Sequence record: MK250027.1
Reading direction: 5' to 3' (one strand)
Length of the DNA stretch: 64,000 nucleotides
Shown here piece after piece: positions 52,180 through 63,625 of the stretch. The notes beneath the pieces are model-generated. The model searched no databases and was not told the origin of the DNA. It saw nothing but the letters and a program-made list of their open reading frames with translations. Every line of letters begins with the position of its first letter. Position 1 is the stretch's first letter. A program made the position numbers and the translations under genes.

Positions 52180-52574
52180 TAAAGTTTAAAAAAGAAAAGT
52201 CAAATAAAAAATATATAGAAGTTATTCCTATTGAATACAATATGTATGAATTTCTTCATAATATGAACAGTTATAAACATATAAATTTATTTGATGTTAT
52301 TACGAAATCAACTGATACTGATATAAAGAGATTCATTAAAGAACACCCTATTATTGATAACATTATTAATAATAGAAATAATAGAAATAAATTAACTATT
52401 AAAAGAACTATATTACCTATAAACAGTGTATGTGAATTTTCCGAGATAGAAAAATTCACATGTGTTGGCGATAAACCTATATATTTCTTTAAGGCTACAT
52501 TTTTACAACAAGAATATGATGCTATATATTTAACTGATGAAAATCTTTTTGAATTGTTTAATTTACAAGAATAA
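52176..52574 (+). CDS. Hypothetical protein
   Basis: ATGA overlap; MIKFK start. Confidence 0.65.
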   Translation: MIKFKKEKSNKKYIEVIPIEYNMYEFLHNMNSYKHINLFDVITKSTDTDIKRFIKEHPIIDNIINNRNNRNKLTIKRTILPINSVCEFSEIEKFTCVGDKPIYFFKATFLQQEYDAIYLTDENLFELFNLQE

Positions 52575-52577
52575 ATT

Positions 52578-52928
52578 ATGATTAAGTTTAAAGATAATAA
52601 TGATAATTTCTTGAGAGTTACTATAATATCACCTGTCACTTATGAATTAATATCTTTATTGGATAAAGAAAATGTTGATATAAGTGCAGTGTATAATTAC
52701 AAGGATTTAAATAGAATTATTAAAGAACATGATTGTATCATGGATGAACTTAGGTATTATATGTGTAATAGGATGAATCAATTAATAAATTATAAAAATA
52801 TAGTTAAAGTTCAGAATATTACAAAAATTAATTGTCTAGGAATTGATGATACCTATTTTCTATATATAGACGGATGTTATTATCTTACGAATGATATAAA
52901 TTTTATACAAAAATATATAAAGAGATAA
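52578..52928 (+). CDS. Hypothetical protein
   Basis: MIKFK start. Confidence 0.65.
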   Translation: MIKFKDNNDNFLRVTIISPVTYELISLLDKENVDISAVYNYKDLNRIIKEHDCIMDELRYYMCNRMNQLINYKNIVKVQNITKINCLGIDDTYFLYIDGCYYLTNDINFIQKYIKR

Positions 52929-52932
52929 GTGT

Positions 52933-53778
52933 ATGTAGTACGAAAATACTATTGTAATTAATTTGGTTGCTGGACCATGTGCAGGAAAATCAACTATAGC
53001 AAGTGGTATATTCTATAAGTTAAAGATGAAAGGAATTGATTGTGAACAAACTTTGGAATATGCAAAGGATCGAGTATGGGAAGGAAGTTACTCTACAATG
53101 GATGATTAGATCTATATGTTTGGAAAACAATATCATAGAGTATGGAGATTGAATCATAAAGTTTAGGTAATTATTTCAGATAGTCCATTGATATTATCTA
53201 TTCATTATGCGAAATTTGAGAGTAACTATTTTGAGAACTTTGTTATTGAGCAATTTAATAAGTTTAATAACATTACTTATTTTATTGAACGAGATACAGA
53301 ATATAATGAGAATGGTAGGGTTCATTCATTAGATGCCGCAATGAAAGCAGATTAGGAATTAAAGGATATTCTTAATAAACATGATATTAAATATTCAACG
53401 GTAAAGACAACAGAGGCAACCGATATTATTACAGATTAGATTTTATAGAAATTAGAAGATATGAAGAAAATTAAAAAAGATACCGTTGTTACTCTTTATG
53501 AATCTAAATGTTATAATGGAGATGAAAGAGACGAAAACGGAGAATCTAAACTTCATATGATAAAATATACAGCTAATAATATGTATAATTATTTAACTCA
53601 ACAATTGACATTATTTGCCGGTAGTGATGTAGATAAGAAATTAATTTGTGAGTTATGTAAGAAAAATGAAAAAGATGAAAATAAGAAATTTATTTGTTAT
53701 TATACAATAAATAAAGAACATTATACATGTATTCAAAAAGTTGATTATTTAGGAACTGTGACATATATATTGGATTAA
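52933..53778 (+). CDS. NadR/Ttd14-type (AAA_28) P-loop kinase fused to a C-terminal domain (281 aa, 6 TAG)
   Basis: MQYENTIVINLVAGPCAGKST..EYAKD.VW..QIYMFGKQ..ISDSPL; in frame with ORF 53461-53778; codon 2 is TAG. Confidence 0.8.
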
Positions 53779-53866
53779 GATAAAGGGATATAGATTAAAT
53801 TATATGAATCTATATCCCTTTATTATTTAAAATAAATAATGAAATATTGTATGAATATTTTAATTT

Positions 53867-56140
53867 ATGGAAGATAACAATGTGAATAATATAATTTAGA
53901 ATGATGAAAGTGAAGTTTCAATATAGTCTACTATAAGTTCAGCAGAAGGAAACTTGAATTTTTCACAAAATAGAGATGAAACTACGGGTTCTGGAGGAGG
54001 CGGAGGTTCATCTTTAAGTGGTAGTTCTACATCGGGAAATACTTCATCAAATTCAAGTGGTAGTGAATCATCTCAATTAGCGAGTGATAATTTAACACCT
54101 ATATTATTGATATTAGGTGATAGTCCAGATCCTGAACCAGATGTTGAGGAAGAACCTGTATTGTTGGAAGAAGATAATTTATAGCAATATACTATTGCAC
54201 AAAATGGTTAGGAACCATATCACGTAATAATAGGTAATTCTGGGTGTACTAATAAAGTTGATGAAGAGCATATTATAGTTATACAAGAAGGTGATAATAT
54301 TATAAATAATAACAATAATATTATTGCAATAACTGCTAAAATAGATTAGAGTTGGTGTCATGTTGTTTTTGAACATCCTTTAAATTCACCATTATAGTTG
54401 GGAACTCCATATAAATTAAATTCTGATAATTTTAGTAGTGAAGATAATGAAAGAACTATTGTTCCTATGATAACATGTGAGCAAAATTCAGGTCCTCAAA
54501 GAACAGCAAATATTATATTTTGCATTGATGGTATAGAATCAGATTTAAAAATAGGAATTACTCAAAATGCAGGTAATTATAGCGAAGAACCAGTTATTAT
54601 TAAATATAAATCTGTTGAAAATGGTGTTATAAAGTATGATATATTAGATAGTAACAAAACATATTATATTCATAAAAATAGTAACTATATATTTAGTGAC
54701 AGAACAAATATGAGTGAGAACCCTTTATTATTTGGATTAAGAGATAGTAATAATAATATAAATGGTAATTTAAAAAATTCAGATAGTTCTTATACATTTG
54801 AATCAGAACCAGAAGGGTATAATATGGTAATAACAGATAATAATACTGCTACAACAACAAATACAGCATATCTCATGATTATAACACAGCCGCAAACGGT
54901 TGATATAAATCAAGTAATAACATTTAAATATAATAATATTGATTTTATAAAGGTTAAATATTCAGAATCATAGAAAGATTATAAAACATCTATAAAAATA
55001 TGTAAATTAGAGAATTTATAGAATTATAAAGAAACATCAGGATATAATATATATTTATTTAATTCTGATATAGGAACGACTGCAAATATAAAAACATCAT
55101 TTACTGTATGTAGTACTGTAAAATTACATAGTTACGGCAGTAATGATGATATTAGTAATGGACGAATTGTTGCATGTATACGTCTAGATAAAAATACAGA
55201 TAAAATTCCAGAAAATAATATAAGTGATTTAAATGATGATAATGATGATATATGGCATTAGTTAAAACCTGTTGGTACCACATTAACATCAACATTATTT
55301 AAAGAAACATATAAAGATATATATTTATAGGATTGGACAAATTTGAAAGTTTATAATTATTCTGCTGAAACAATAACTAACGTTGAAGAAAATTAGAATA
55401 TATATGTATATATTGTAAAGGATTCTAAATATAATAAAGTTGGCGTTATTAATTTTGGCGGAACAATGGGACAAAATGGATATTTGGGTTTATTTAATTA
55501 TTATTATACGTCTTTATAGGCTTGCACATATAATACATATTGGATTTGCTGGTGTCATTGGTATGGAGATACAAATGACAGTTATTATGATAATTCTGGT
55601 GATACAATAACAGAAACAGAAACAATAAATGCAACATTTAAAAATAAACAATTTGGAACATTTGATTTATACTTTGTTGCAATGAATGAACGAGGTGATG
55701 ATAATGATATACATGATATTGATATTGCGAATAAAATAATAAATTCTGGAAAAAATTATAAAAAGTATAATATTCCTTCAGGTACTTATAATTTTAATAT
55801 GAATAAAATAATGGGTCTTGTATTTCATCCAGAAAATTCGTCTATAAATGAAATTAAAACATTTAGAGAAATATATGATACATTATAGTTTAAAAATAAT
55901 AATCATTATTATGATATAATAAGTGTATATAAAGATTATTATGTTATAGATTTGAATAATGTTTGTAATGATATAAATGGAAATATCATTAATTTAAATG
56001 AATTTTATACAGATATGATGTATTAGATATATATTTTTACAAAAGTAAATGGTTCATTAATATATATAGGTATACTTTCTTATGGACATGTTAATACTAA
56101 ACAAAATTGGGGAAATATTGCATGTTATAGCGAGGGTTAA
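53867..56140 (+). CDS. Large Ig-like/BACON-like adhesin or tail protein (757 aa, many TAG)
   Basis: Three ORF-track fragments in one frame; Gly/Ser linker; CEQNSGPQRTANIIF..IGITQNA BACON-like pattern; upstream AATAAATA. Confidence 0.7.
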
Positions 56141-56203
56141 TTACGTAAAATAATACATAGAATTTCATAAGTCAATATAGATACAGAAAGTTTTGAATAA
56201 TCT

Positions 56204-57247
56204 ATGTTGAATAATATTATATATGGTTCTAATTCTAGTTTACCTGATTTAAATGGACCTTAGTAGTCATCATGGATTGGTCCAGGTGATATTGATTGCG
56301 AATTACCAGGTCCAAGTATAAATCCAAGTTTAAATACGTCTATTGGTGAATTAGTAGATAGTAGTTTTATTATAAAAGATCCAAGTAGTTCCAGTAGTTC
56401 TAGAAGTTATATAAAATGGCAAGATTGTCCGTATACAATAACATTAGCAGCAACAACAGGAACTGCCATATCTAATAGATGTTTAAATAAAACAGCTAGT
56501 ATATTAAAATCAAATTATGTATATTTAGGATATACAGATACAGATGGAAATTTTAAAAATAAATTAAAAACCGGTTTATCATTAAATACAATAAATGATG
56601 ATACAAGTATTGCTTTAACATGCGATACTCTTGGATGTACGGGATATATAAAAGGACAAACTGATGATAATACGGGTGCTTTAATATATTATAGTTTAAA
56701 TACATTTAGTAATAGTAGAACTGTTACATTTAGTTTAAATAAATTACCATTATTTAAAATATCATAGACATATAAAGCTCCAGTTCCATATCTATATTTA
56801 AATATAACAACTAGTTATAATGAAAATAATGCTTATGCATTATTTAATGACTCTGTTGCTGATATACTATAGTTTACGACAACAGGTCTAAATGTCTATT
56901 TACAAATTGATTCATAGAACTTAAGTGGAAGTACACGTTCATATATATTAGGTTTTTATACTGGTAGATTTGCATTTAATACAGAACTTACTGTTAGTCA
57001 AATTAGTAGTAACCTAGAACATGTAAGTGGTATAAATGTTGGAGGCTTTGGAAATTATTATATTTTAAGCATGCCTCATACTGTAAATGTTTATAATGGA
57101 GATAGTAGAAGCACTACTACTATAAGTGTTGGAGATGATATTTATTTTTATAAAGTTTTAGGATCAACTTATATATATGCTTTTAAGGTTAATTTTAGTG
57201 ATACTACATTAACCGGTAAATATAAAATTAAACAGGTAACATCTTAA
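56204..57247 (+). CDS. BACON-like beta-rich protein (347 aa), same frame as the preceding gene
   Basis: Open under code 15 from ATG 56204 to TAA 57245; NxxxxSRxxxx..Q patterns. Confidence 0.65.
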
Positions 57248-57344
57248 CATAAAAGGAGAATTATTCTTAATTCTCCTTTATTTTATTATAACTTTTTCAA
57301 CCTTTTATAATATAATATATAAATCTATAATTTTATAGTTATTA

Positions 57345-59264
57345 ATGGAATATACGATAGAATCAATAAAACAAAATATAGTATGTTGGGTTGAAGATCA
57401 TTTAGGATTAGATTTTACATTTAGAAAATATTAGTTGGAATCTATAATGTTTATTATTAAATCTATTCTTAATGATGATAGGGAAACTTCAATTATCGAG
57501 GCTCCAACTGGTTCAGGTAAGTCACTTATCTGTATTATATCTGCAGGTGTACTTTCAACATATTATAAGAAATCATCATATATACTTTGTTCAGATCTTT
57601 TCCTTTGGCAACAATACGCGGATTTTATAGATAAGAAATCATTAAGAGAATTCGGATATATAAAAGGCGCAATAGGAAATTATACATGCTTTGTTAATAA
57701 ACAAGATTTAAGTTGTGGAAGGTGCAAGTTAGCGAAAGTTTCATATGGTCAATTAAAGGATAAGAATTGGAGAGAACGAAATATGTTTACATGCGTTGAG
57801 AGATGTAAATATATGCAAGATAGATTCAGAGCTGAACGTTCAAACGTTACACTTATGACATATCAACTTTGGCTTCATCATATGAATCTAGTTAATTCAA
57901 AAGCAGCTGGTTCACATCCATTTCCGAAGAGAGATGTAATATTTTGTGATGAGTGTCATAATATTCCTGATTTGGTTCAACAATTCTGTGCGCCAACATT
58001 AAGGGATCAATCTCATGTAAATAAAATAATGGATATTCTTAATTACGCAGAGGAAAACAATATTGAGATTAAAACTATATTAAAACATATAGATCCAGAA
58101 TTATATAAATATGATTATTATTTAAAGATATATGAGAAGAATAAGGATAATAGATATACAAACATGTTTGATAACTCTATTATTAAAGATAGGTTGGATA
58201 TTATATTTACAGGTCTTAATTTTTATCATGATAATGCTAAACAGATTTTAGACTTATTAAAAATGTTCCGAGATATTCTCTCTATTGTTTCTGTTGTGAA
58301 TGAATCAATGGAAGATGAAATTCAACATGAATCATTATTCAATACAAGGAATATGGATAAAGGATTAGAAACATTATCTAAGAGGTTAACATGGTTTCAA
58401 ACATTCGGAAATTCTTTTGAGGACTTTATGGAAGCTATAAAGAAATCAGGAATTGAATATATGTTAATGGAAGTTAATATCAATCCAGAAACAAGAGAAC
58501 GAATATTTCAGTTTAATTGTGCTAAAGAGGATTATCTTTGTAGTGAGTATCTTTTATCACATGCTAATAATAAAGTTTTACTATCAGCGACTGTTGGATC
58601 GCATCATGCTTTCGATGAGAATATAGGGATAAAGTATACAAAACAACATGAGTCTTTTTTCTCAAAGATTCCGTCTACATTTGATTTTACACATTCACCT
58701 ATATATTACATACCAAAATATAAAATGAATTATGCCAATAAACAACATGATTTTCCGTTTATTCAACAGATGTCATGTAAGATTATAAATGCACATATTA
58801 ATAACAGAGGTATAATTCATACAGGGTCATATGAGAATGCAAGATTCTTTTATAATGCATGTCCACGAGAAATTCAAAAAAGATTATTCTTATATGGAAC
58901 ACCAAAGCAAAAGGAAGAGATAATGCCTGATTTTAAGAAATCATTGAATGGCATATTAGTTGGTCCAACATTAACGGAAGGTATAGATTTACCGAATGAT
59001 TATTGTAGATTCATTATATTGATGAAAGTTCCATATCCTAATATAACAAGTAAGATAGTAAAGAAGAAATTAGAATTATTCCCTTTATGGTATAACAGTA
59101 CGACAAGTAATGTGATAATTCAGGCTATTGGTAGAGGCGTAAGAAATGAACATGATTATTGTACAACATATATATTGGATGGGTGTTTCGGTAATCTTTA
59201 TCAACAAACAAAAGATCAATATTCACCTGAATTACAAAACAGAATAAAAGTCATATATAGTTAA
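57345..59264 (+). CDS. DinG/XPD-like SF2 helicase (639 aa)
   Basis: Q-motif FRKY(TAG=Q)LESI; EAPTGSGKS; DECH; EGIDLP; QAIGRGVR. Confidence 0.92.
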
Positions 59265-59265
59265 T

Positions 59266-59607
59266 ATGTATAACCAAGATATATATTTAAAAAGTTCAGG
59301 AATATTGTTCGCTAAAGAATTTGAGAGAGTTGTTCATGGAGGTAGAGGAGATTATGTCGAATTTACACGTGAACAAATTATTCCAAAACTTTATTATAAA
59401 TTCGATGAAGAACATAATGAATTTGATATAAATAACTTTGAAAAATATAACGGATATTATTATCATTGGTTATATCCGTTATATGATACTGAAACAAAAA
59501 TATATTTTCAATTGAAAACAGTTAAATACGCAGATTATAAATTATATCATTTTTATGTAAGTCCTGAACTTTTAATAAATTTCAAAGATCCAGAAAGTTT
59601 ATTTTGA
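59266..59607 (+). CDS. Hypothetical protein
   Basis: RVVHGGRGDYVEF; ORF in operon. Confidence 0.75.
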   Translation: MYNQDIYLKSSGILFAKEFERVVHGGRGDYVEFTREQIIPKLYYKFDEEHNEFDINNFEKYNGYYYHWLYPLYDTETKIYFQLKTVKYADYKLYHFYVSPELLINFKDPESLF

Positions 59608-59612
59608 ATAAT

Positions 59613-60557
59613 ATGAAAGATAAGAAAATATTAATATTAACGATGTGTTGTAATCAAGATTTATTCTAGCAATAGGAATATAGATTACGAACATAGTTAT
59701 ATGCTAAAGATATATTAGATAATAAATACGATAATGTAGATTATTGGACATATACTGCATCAACCGATGGTAAATATCATGTAAATAAAAAATTACATAA
59801 AATAGAAGTTCCATGTGATGACACTTTATATGGTACATATGATAAGACATATAAGGTATTTAAATTATTAAATCAATTTAATATAGAATATGATTATATA
59901 TTAAGAACAAATTGTTCAACATATATTAATATTCCATTATTAAAGTTATTTGTAAATAATTTAAATAATTATAGATTAATATATTCAAATTCTATATATT
60001 GTAGTAAAGACGGATGTGGGCCATACCAATGGAGTTTGTATGGATTAGGGAATTCATTGTTGTTATCTAAATTTTGGGTTTCTATTATTATAAAAAATAA
60101 TGTTAATAATCTAACGAAATTCAATTATAATAAATTATCAACAGATTCCGTTTATACTGTTGATGATAATGCTATAGGATTTACAGTGAACTGTTTTTGC
60201 TTGCAGAATAATTGGGATATATGTGATATATGGAAATCATGGAAAGCACCATTACAAAACAAAATACCGGTTCAACCATATAATTATATATGTATTCCTT
60301 TTAGAGAATATAAAACAAGAGAGAATGAAATAAAAAATTCATTATTTATACATGATGAAATAACTAAATATAAAGATGGTTATACAAATGAATATGTAAA
60401 TAGTTTATCAGATAACATGTGGTTTCATATATTGGATTTTGAACAAGGCATGCATTCTATAGTTGATAGAAAATTAGGTGAACAATTTATGGATTTTGTA
60501 TATGTTCCGAGATATATAGAGAGAATAAAAGAACAAGAAAATAAAGCATAGAAATAA
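59613..60557 (+). CDS. Glycosyltransferase-like protein (314 aa, 4 TAG)
   Basis: YDKT..F..YDYILRTNCSTYIN pattern; read-through of the last TAG gives a TAATG stop/start overlap with the next gene. Confidence 0.7.
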
Positions 60558-60766
60558 TGGTAGATATAGATTACGTTAAGGGTAATGTACGAGATGGTTG
60601 GATGTTGAATCCAAATGAAAAAGTCGTTAAGGGAATTATTAAGGGAATTAACCGTTGTAACGGTGATTGTCCATGTAATAATGATTCTGATGAAAAACAT
60701 TGTCCATGTTCAAATTATAGAACAAAGGATAAGTGTTGTTGCAAGTTATATGTTAAGAAAGATTAA
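60557..60766 (+). CDS. Ferredoxin-thioredoxin reductase catalytic-subunit-like mini protein
   Basis: LNP...I..G....G.CPC..CPC...CCCKLYV. Confidence 0.75.
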   Translation: MVDIDYVKGNVRDGWMLNPNEKVVKGIIKGINRCNGDCPCNNDSDEKHCPCSNYRTKDKCCCKLYVKKD

Positions 60767-60785
60767 TTTTAATTAAATAAGAAAT

Positions 60786-61508
60786 ATGGCAAAACATACA
60801 ATAGATATAATTAATTCAGATAATTCAACATTGAAGATGTTTTCTATAGAAGATGATATATCAGAACAAGTTACATTTTCAACTGATGGATTATATCCAT
60901 GTATTGAATTATCAAAAGATATATTGAATAAGTATAAGGAACAAAATAAACTTTATTATATTCATACATACGGTGATATTTATAATCTTATTGATGATGT
61001 AAATATGACAGTTATTGTATATAATAAAGAAGATGAACAATATCATGTGGGTATTGTTAACATGATTAACAAAAAGCATATAGAATCAAGCGACTATATT
61101 AAATTTATTGATTTAACAAAACGAATTAAAAGTGATGTTGAATACTGGATTCCAAAATATTGTTGCTATAATTATGAGAAGTTCCATACATATCAGACAA
61201 GTTTGTTATATTTGTTTGATACAATGAAAGAATCTCAAGTTGATATGTTAAATGATATTATTCAGAGATATAAATTTAAGATGTCTAAAGAAAAAGCAAT
61301 AGTTATAACTTTAAATAATAAAGAGTTATACCAACAGAAATTTGATAAGATATTTAATGAACGAGTAACTGAATTGAAAGAAGAAATTACGGATCAACTT
61401 CAAGATGAATTATCTAAAGCAGAATCTAATATCAAAAGTTTGACCAATAAGATTACTTATGTTCAAGAAGATTTAAATAAAGTTGAAAATGGAACTGATA
61501 ACGTATGA
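60786..61508 (+). CDS. Hypothetical protein with C-terminal coiled coil
   Basis: 240-aa ORF. Confidence 0.7.
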   Translation: MAKHTIDIINSDNSTLKMFSIEDDISEQVTFSTDGLYPCIELSKDILNKYKEQNKLYYIHTYGDIYNLIDDVNMTVIVYNKEDEQYHVGIVNMINKKHIESSDYIKFIDLTKRIKSDVEYWIPKYCCYNYEKFHTYQTSLLYLFDTMKESQVDMLNDIIQRYKFKMSKEKAIVITLNNKELYQQKFDKIFNERVTELKEEITDQLQDELSKAESNIKSLTNKITYVQEDLNKVENGTDNV

Positions 61509-62019
61509 TGATTTCAAAAATAATGAATTCAATACCGTATATGGCGTAATATATACATCAGAATTAAAAGATGGTATATTACCAGTAGCTGATGATATAG
61601 CTGTAGGTAATATGAAAATATCTGATTTATTGAAACCAGTAAAACCGACAGAATTCACTATTATAAAGAAAAGTGAAATACTTTTATCTAATAATTTACT
61701 TATAAAATATATAATAGATCCTCCATATCATGATTGGATGAATAAAGATATTCCATATGAATTTTATCGTGAATGTAGACATTCACCAGATGTTTTTGGA
61801 ATTATATATAATGTTACGACAAAGGAATTAAAGTCTCCTACTGAATTTGGTAGAAATAGAGATATTCATTTATTTACTACAAAGGAAGAATGTAATAATT
61901 TTATTGATTCATGTAATAAAATTATATTGGATAGAATAATAAAATATTATAATGAAAAGATTTCACAGTATACTTCTACTGTAAATGAAATTAAAGCAAA
62001 ATTTGATAGTATTTTATAA
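61483..62019 (+). CDS. Hypothetical protein
   Basis: ORF; start uncertain. Confidence 0.65.
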   Translation: MKMELITYDDFKNNEFNTVYGVIYTSELKDGILPVADDIAVGNMKISDLLKPVKPTEFTIIKKSEILLSNNLLIKYIIDPPYHDWMNKDIPYEFYRECRHSPDVFGIIYNVTTKELKSPTEFGRNRDIHLFTTKEECNNFIDSCNKIILDRIIKYYNEKISQYTSTVNEIKAKFDSIL

Positions 62020-62154
62020 GAATTTTATTGGGTTTTACTTAATTTTTCTCAATATTTTTGAAGTTTTATTAAAGTTATAAGAATTTTAATAAAACTTCAT
62101 TTTTATTTTATATGTGTTTATACTAGATAAATAATAAAAATGATTTTTTAATAA

Positions 62155-62430
62155 ATGGAACCAAAGAAACATACTTCACGTGATGGTGGTTTAGACGTAG
62201 TAGATGTTAACGATACACCAGAGGACGTATATATGGATTCATTCTTAGAAGATGGCGATGACGGTTTTGTAGAGAATTTGGAACCAGATAAGATGCCAGC
62301 AGAAGACTTAAGAATTGAAGCATTGAAGAGAGCTATAGATATTGCAAAACTTATGAGTAATGTTACTACACAGGATGTTATTAACATTGCGGCTAAAATT
62401 GCTGATTATATCAGTAACACACAAATTTAA
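62155..62430 (+). CDS. Acidic small protein (paralogue 1)
   Basis: LRIEALK.A.DIAKLMSNVTTQDV; upstream GATAAATA. Confidence 0.75.
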   Translation: MEPKKHTSRDGGLDVVDVNDTPEDVYMDSFLEDGDDGFVENLEPDKMPAEDLRIEALKRAIDIAKLMSNVTTQDVINIAAKIADYISNTQI

Positions 62431-62454
62431 AATATACATATTTAATATATAACA

Positions 62455-62850
62455 ATGAATACAACAACATTAAAAGAAAGATTAGGTCTTGATGAAGACG
62501 CTGTTTTCGAAGATGGAGCGGCAACTGCAACAGATGATGGTATGACTGATGAGGAACTTAAGATCGAATCTTTGAAGATCGCTACAAATATCGGTAAACT
62601 TATGAGTAATGTAACAACAGAAGATATTGTTAGTATCGCCGAGACAGTTGCCAAGTTTATCAAAGGTGGCGAAGGCGCATCTCTTGAAACATCAAATGAT
62701 AATTCTTCTGATGAAAGTTCAGATGATACTGAGGAAGAAGCAGAAGATTTCGATACAAATGATGAAGATACATCTGATAACGGTGGAGAAGAAACAGATG
62801 AGACTATTTCTCCGGTTGCTGGTGAAGATGAAGAAGATTTTGAAGTTTAA
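62455..62850 (+). CDS. Acidic protein (paralogue 2)
   Basis: LKIESLK.A.NIGKLMSNVTTEDI. Confidence 0.75.
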   Translation: MNTTTLKERLGLDEDAVFEDGAATATDDGMTDEELKIESLKIATNIGKLMSNVTTEDIVSIAETVAKFIKGGEGASLETSNDNSSDESSDDTEEEAEDFDTNDEDTSDNGGEETDETISPVAGEDEEDFEV

Positions 62851-62972
62851 TCATAAAGGAATAACATTATTTAACGATTTTGTTATTCCTTATTTTTATA
62901 ATTTAAGTAAACTATTTCATGTATTCTGTATATAATCTTTAAATTGTTTAATAAAAATAAAGAAATAAGTTT

Positions 62973-63497
62973 ATGACAGAAGTAAATGTGAATGGATCTA
63001 TTGATCTTAATTTGAACCGTGGTAAGAGAGTGAATAATGATAAACGTCCACGTATTAAGCGAGAGGAACGTAAGCCACGTGTTAAGACAGATGAAGAGTA
63101 TATTGCGCAGCTTGAAGCAGCGATGCAGAAAGCGGGCGGACGTTATGTAAAGTTTGATGATATTGATCATACAGAGGGATTGATGGTTGCTGGTGTGCAA
63201 TGTAAAAACGGTAATTATATGTTCGCCGTTATGAATCGTGATCGTAAGGTACAGCTTGTTGGTAATAATGAGCATTTCTCAGTTATTCGTGATGTTCCAG
63301 CAAGTCTTTATGTATTGGATTATGTATATCATCGTGACCCTGAGATTTTGCTGAATATTGCTGATGCAACATTTTATCAGGATGAGATTAAGTTGATCAC
63401 TAAGATGTATATCAAGGTTGCAAAGAAAGTTAATAAGGATAATAAGAAAAACACAAAGAAATCAAAGAAGAACACTAAGAAAAACACAAAGAAGTGA
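62973..63497 (+). CDS. Hypothetical protein with basic termini
   Basis: Preceded by TAAACT-N17-TATAAT at 62908-62936; KKNTKK repeats. Confidence 0.8.
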   Translation: MTEVNVNGSIDLNLNRGKRVNNDKRPRIKREERKPRVKTDEEYIAQLEAAMQKAGGRYVKFDDIDHTEGLMVAGVQCKNGNYMFAVMNRDRKVQLVGNNEHFSVIRDVPASLYVLDYVYHRDPEILLNIADATFYQDEIKLITKMYIKVAKKVNKDNKKNTKKSKKNTKKNTKK

Positions 63498-63625
63498 TTA
63501 ATAGATTTAATTTAGTTTACTTCTAAATATAAAGAGATATATTCTAATATAGAGTATATCTCTTTTTTCATAAACTTAATTTTAATTTTAACATATAATA
63601 TTTAAAGTTATAATATTTTTAATAA

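Noticed and set aside
56138-56200. TAA reassignment
   Set aside because: TAA is the normal terminator of most genes here; this is the only cluster of apparently internal TAAs.
90-62935. Many ORF-track entries antisense to or nested within real genes (e.g. 90-275, 1959-2288, 2871-3215, 10215-10460, 14020-14382, 23886-24377, 35989-36426, 62883-63275)
   Set aside because: They are shadow frames of well-supported genes on the other strand or frame, with Ile/Cys/Phe-rich composition and no motifs.
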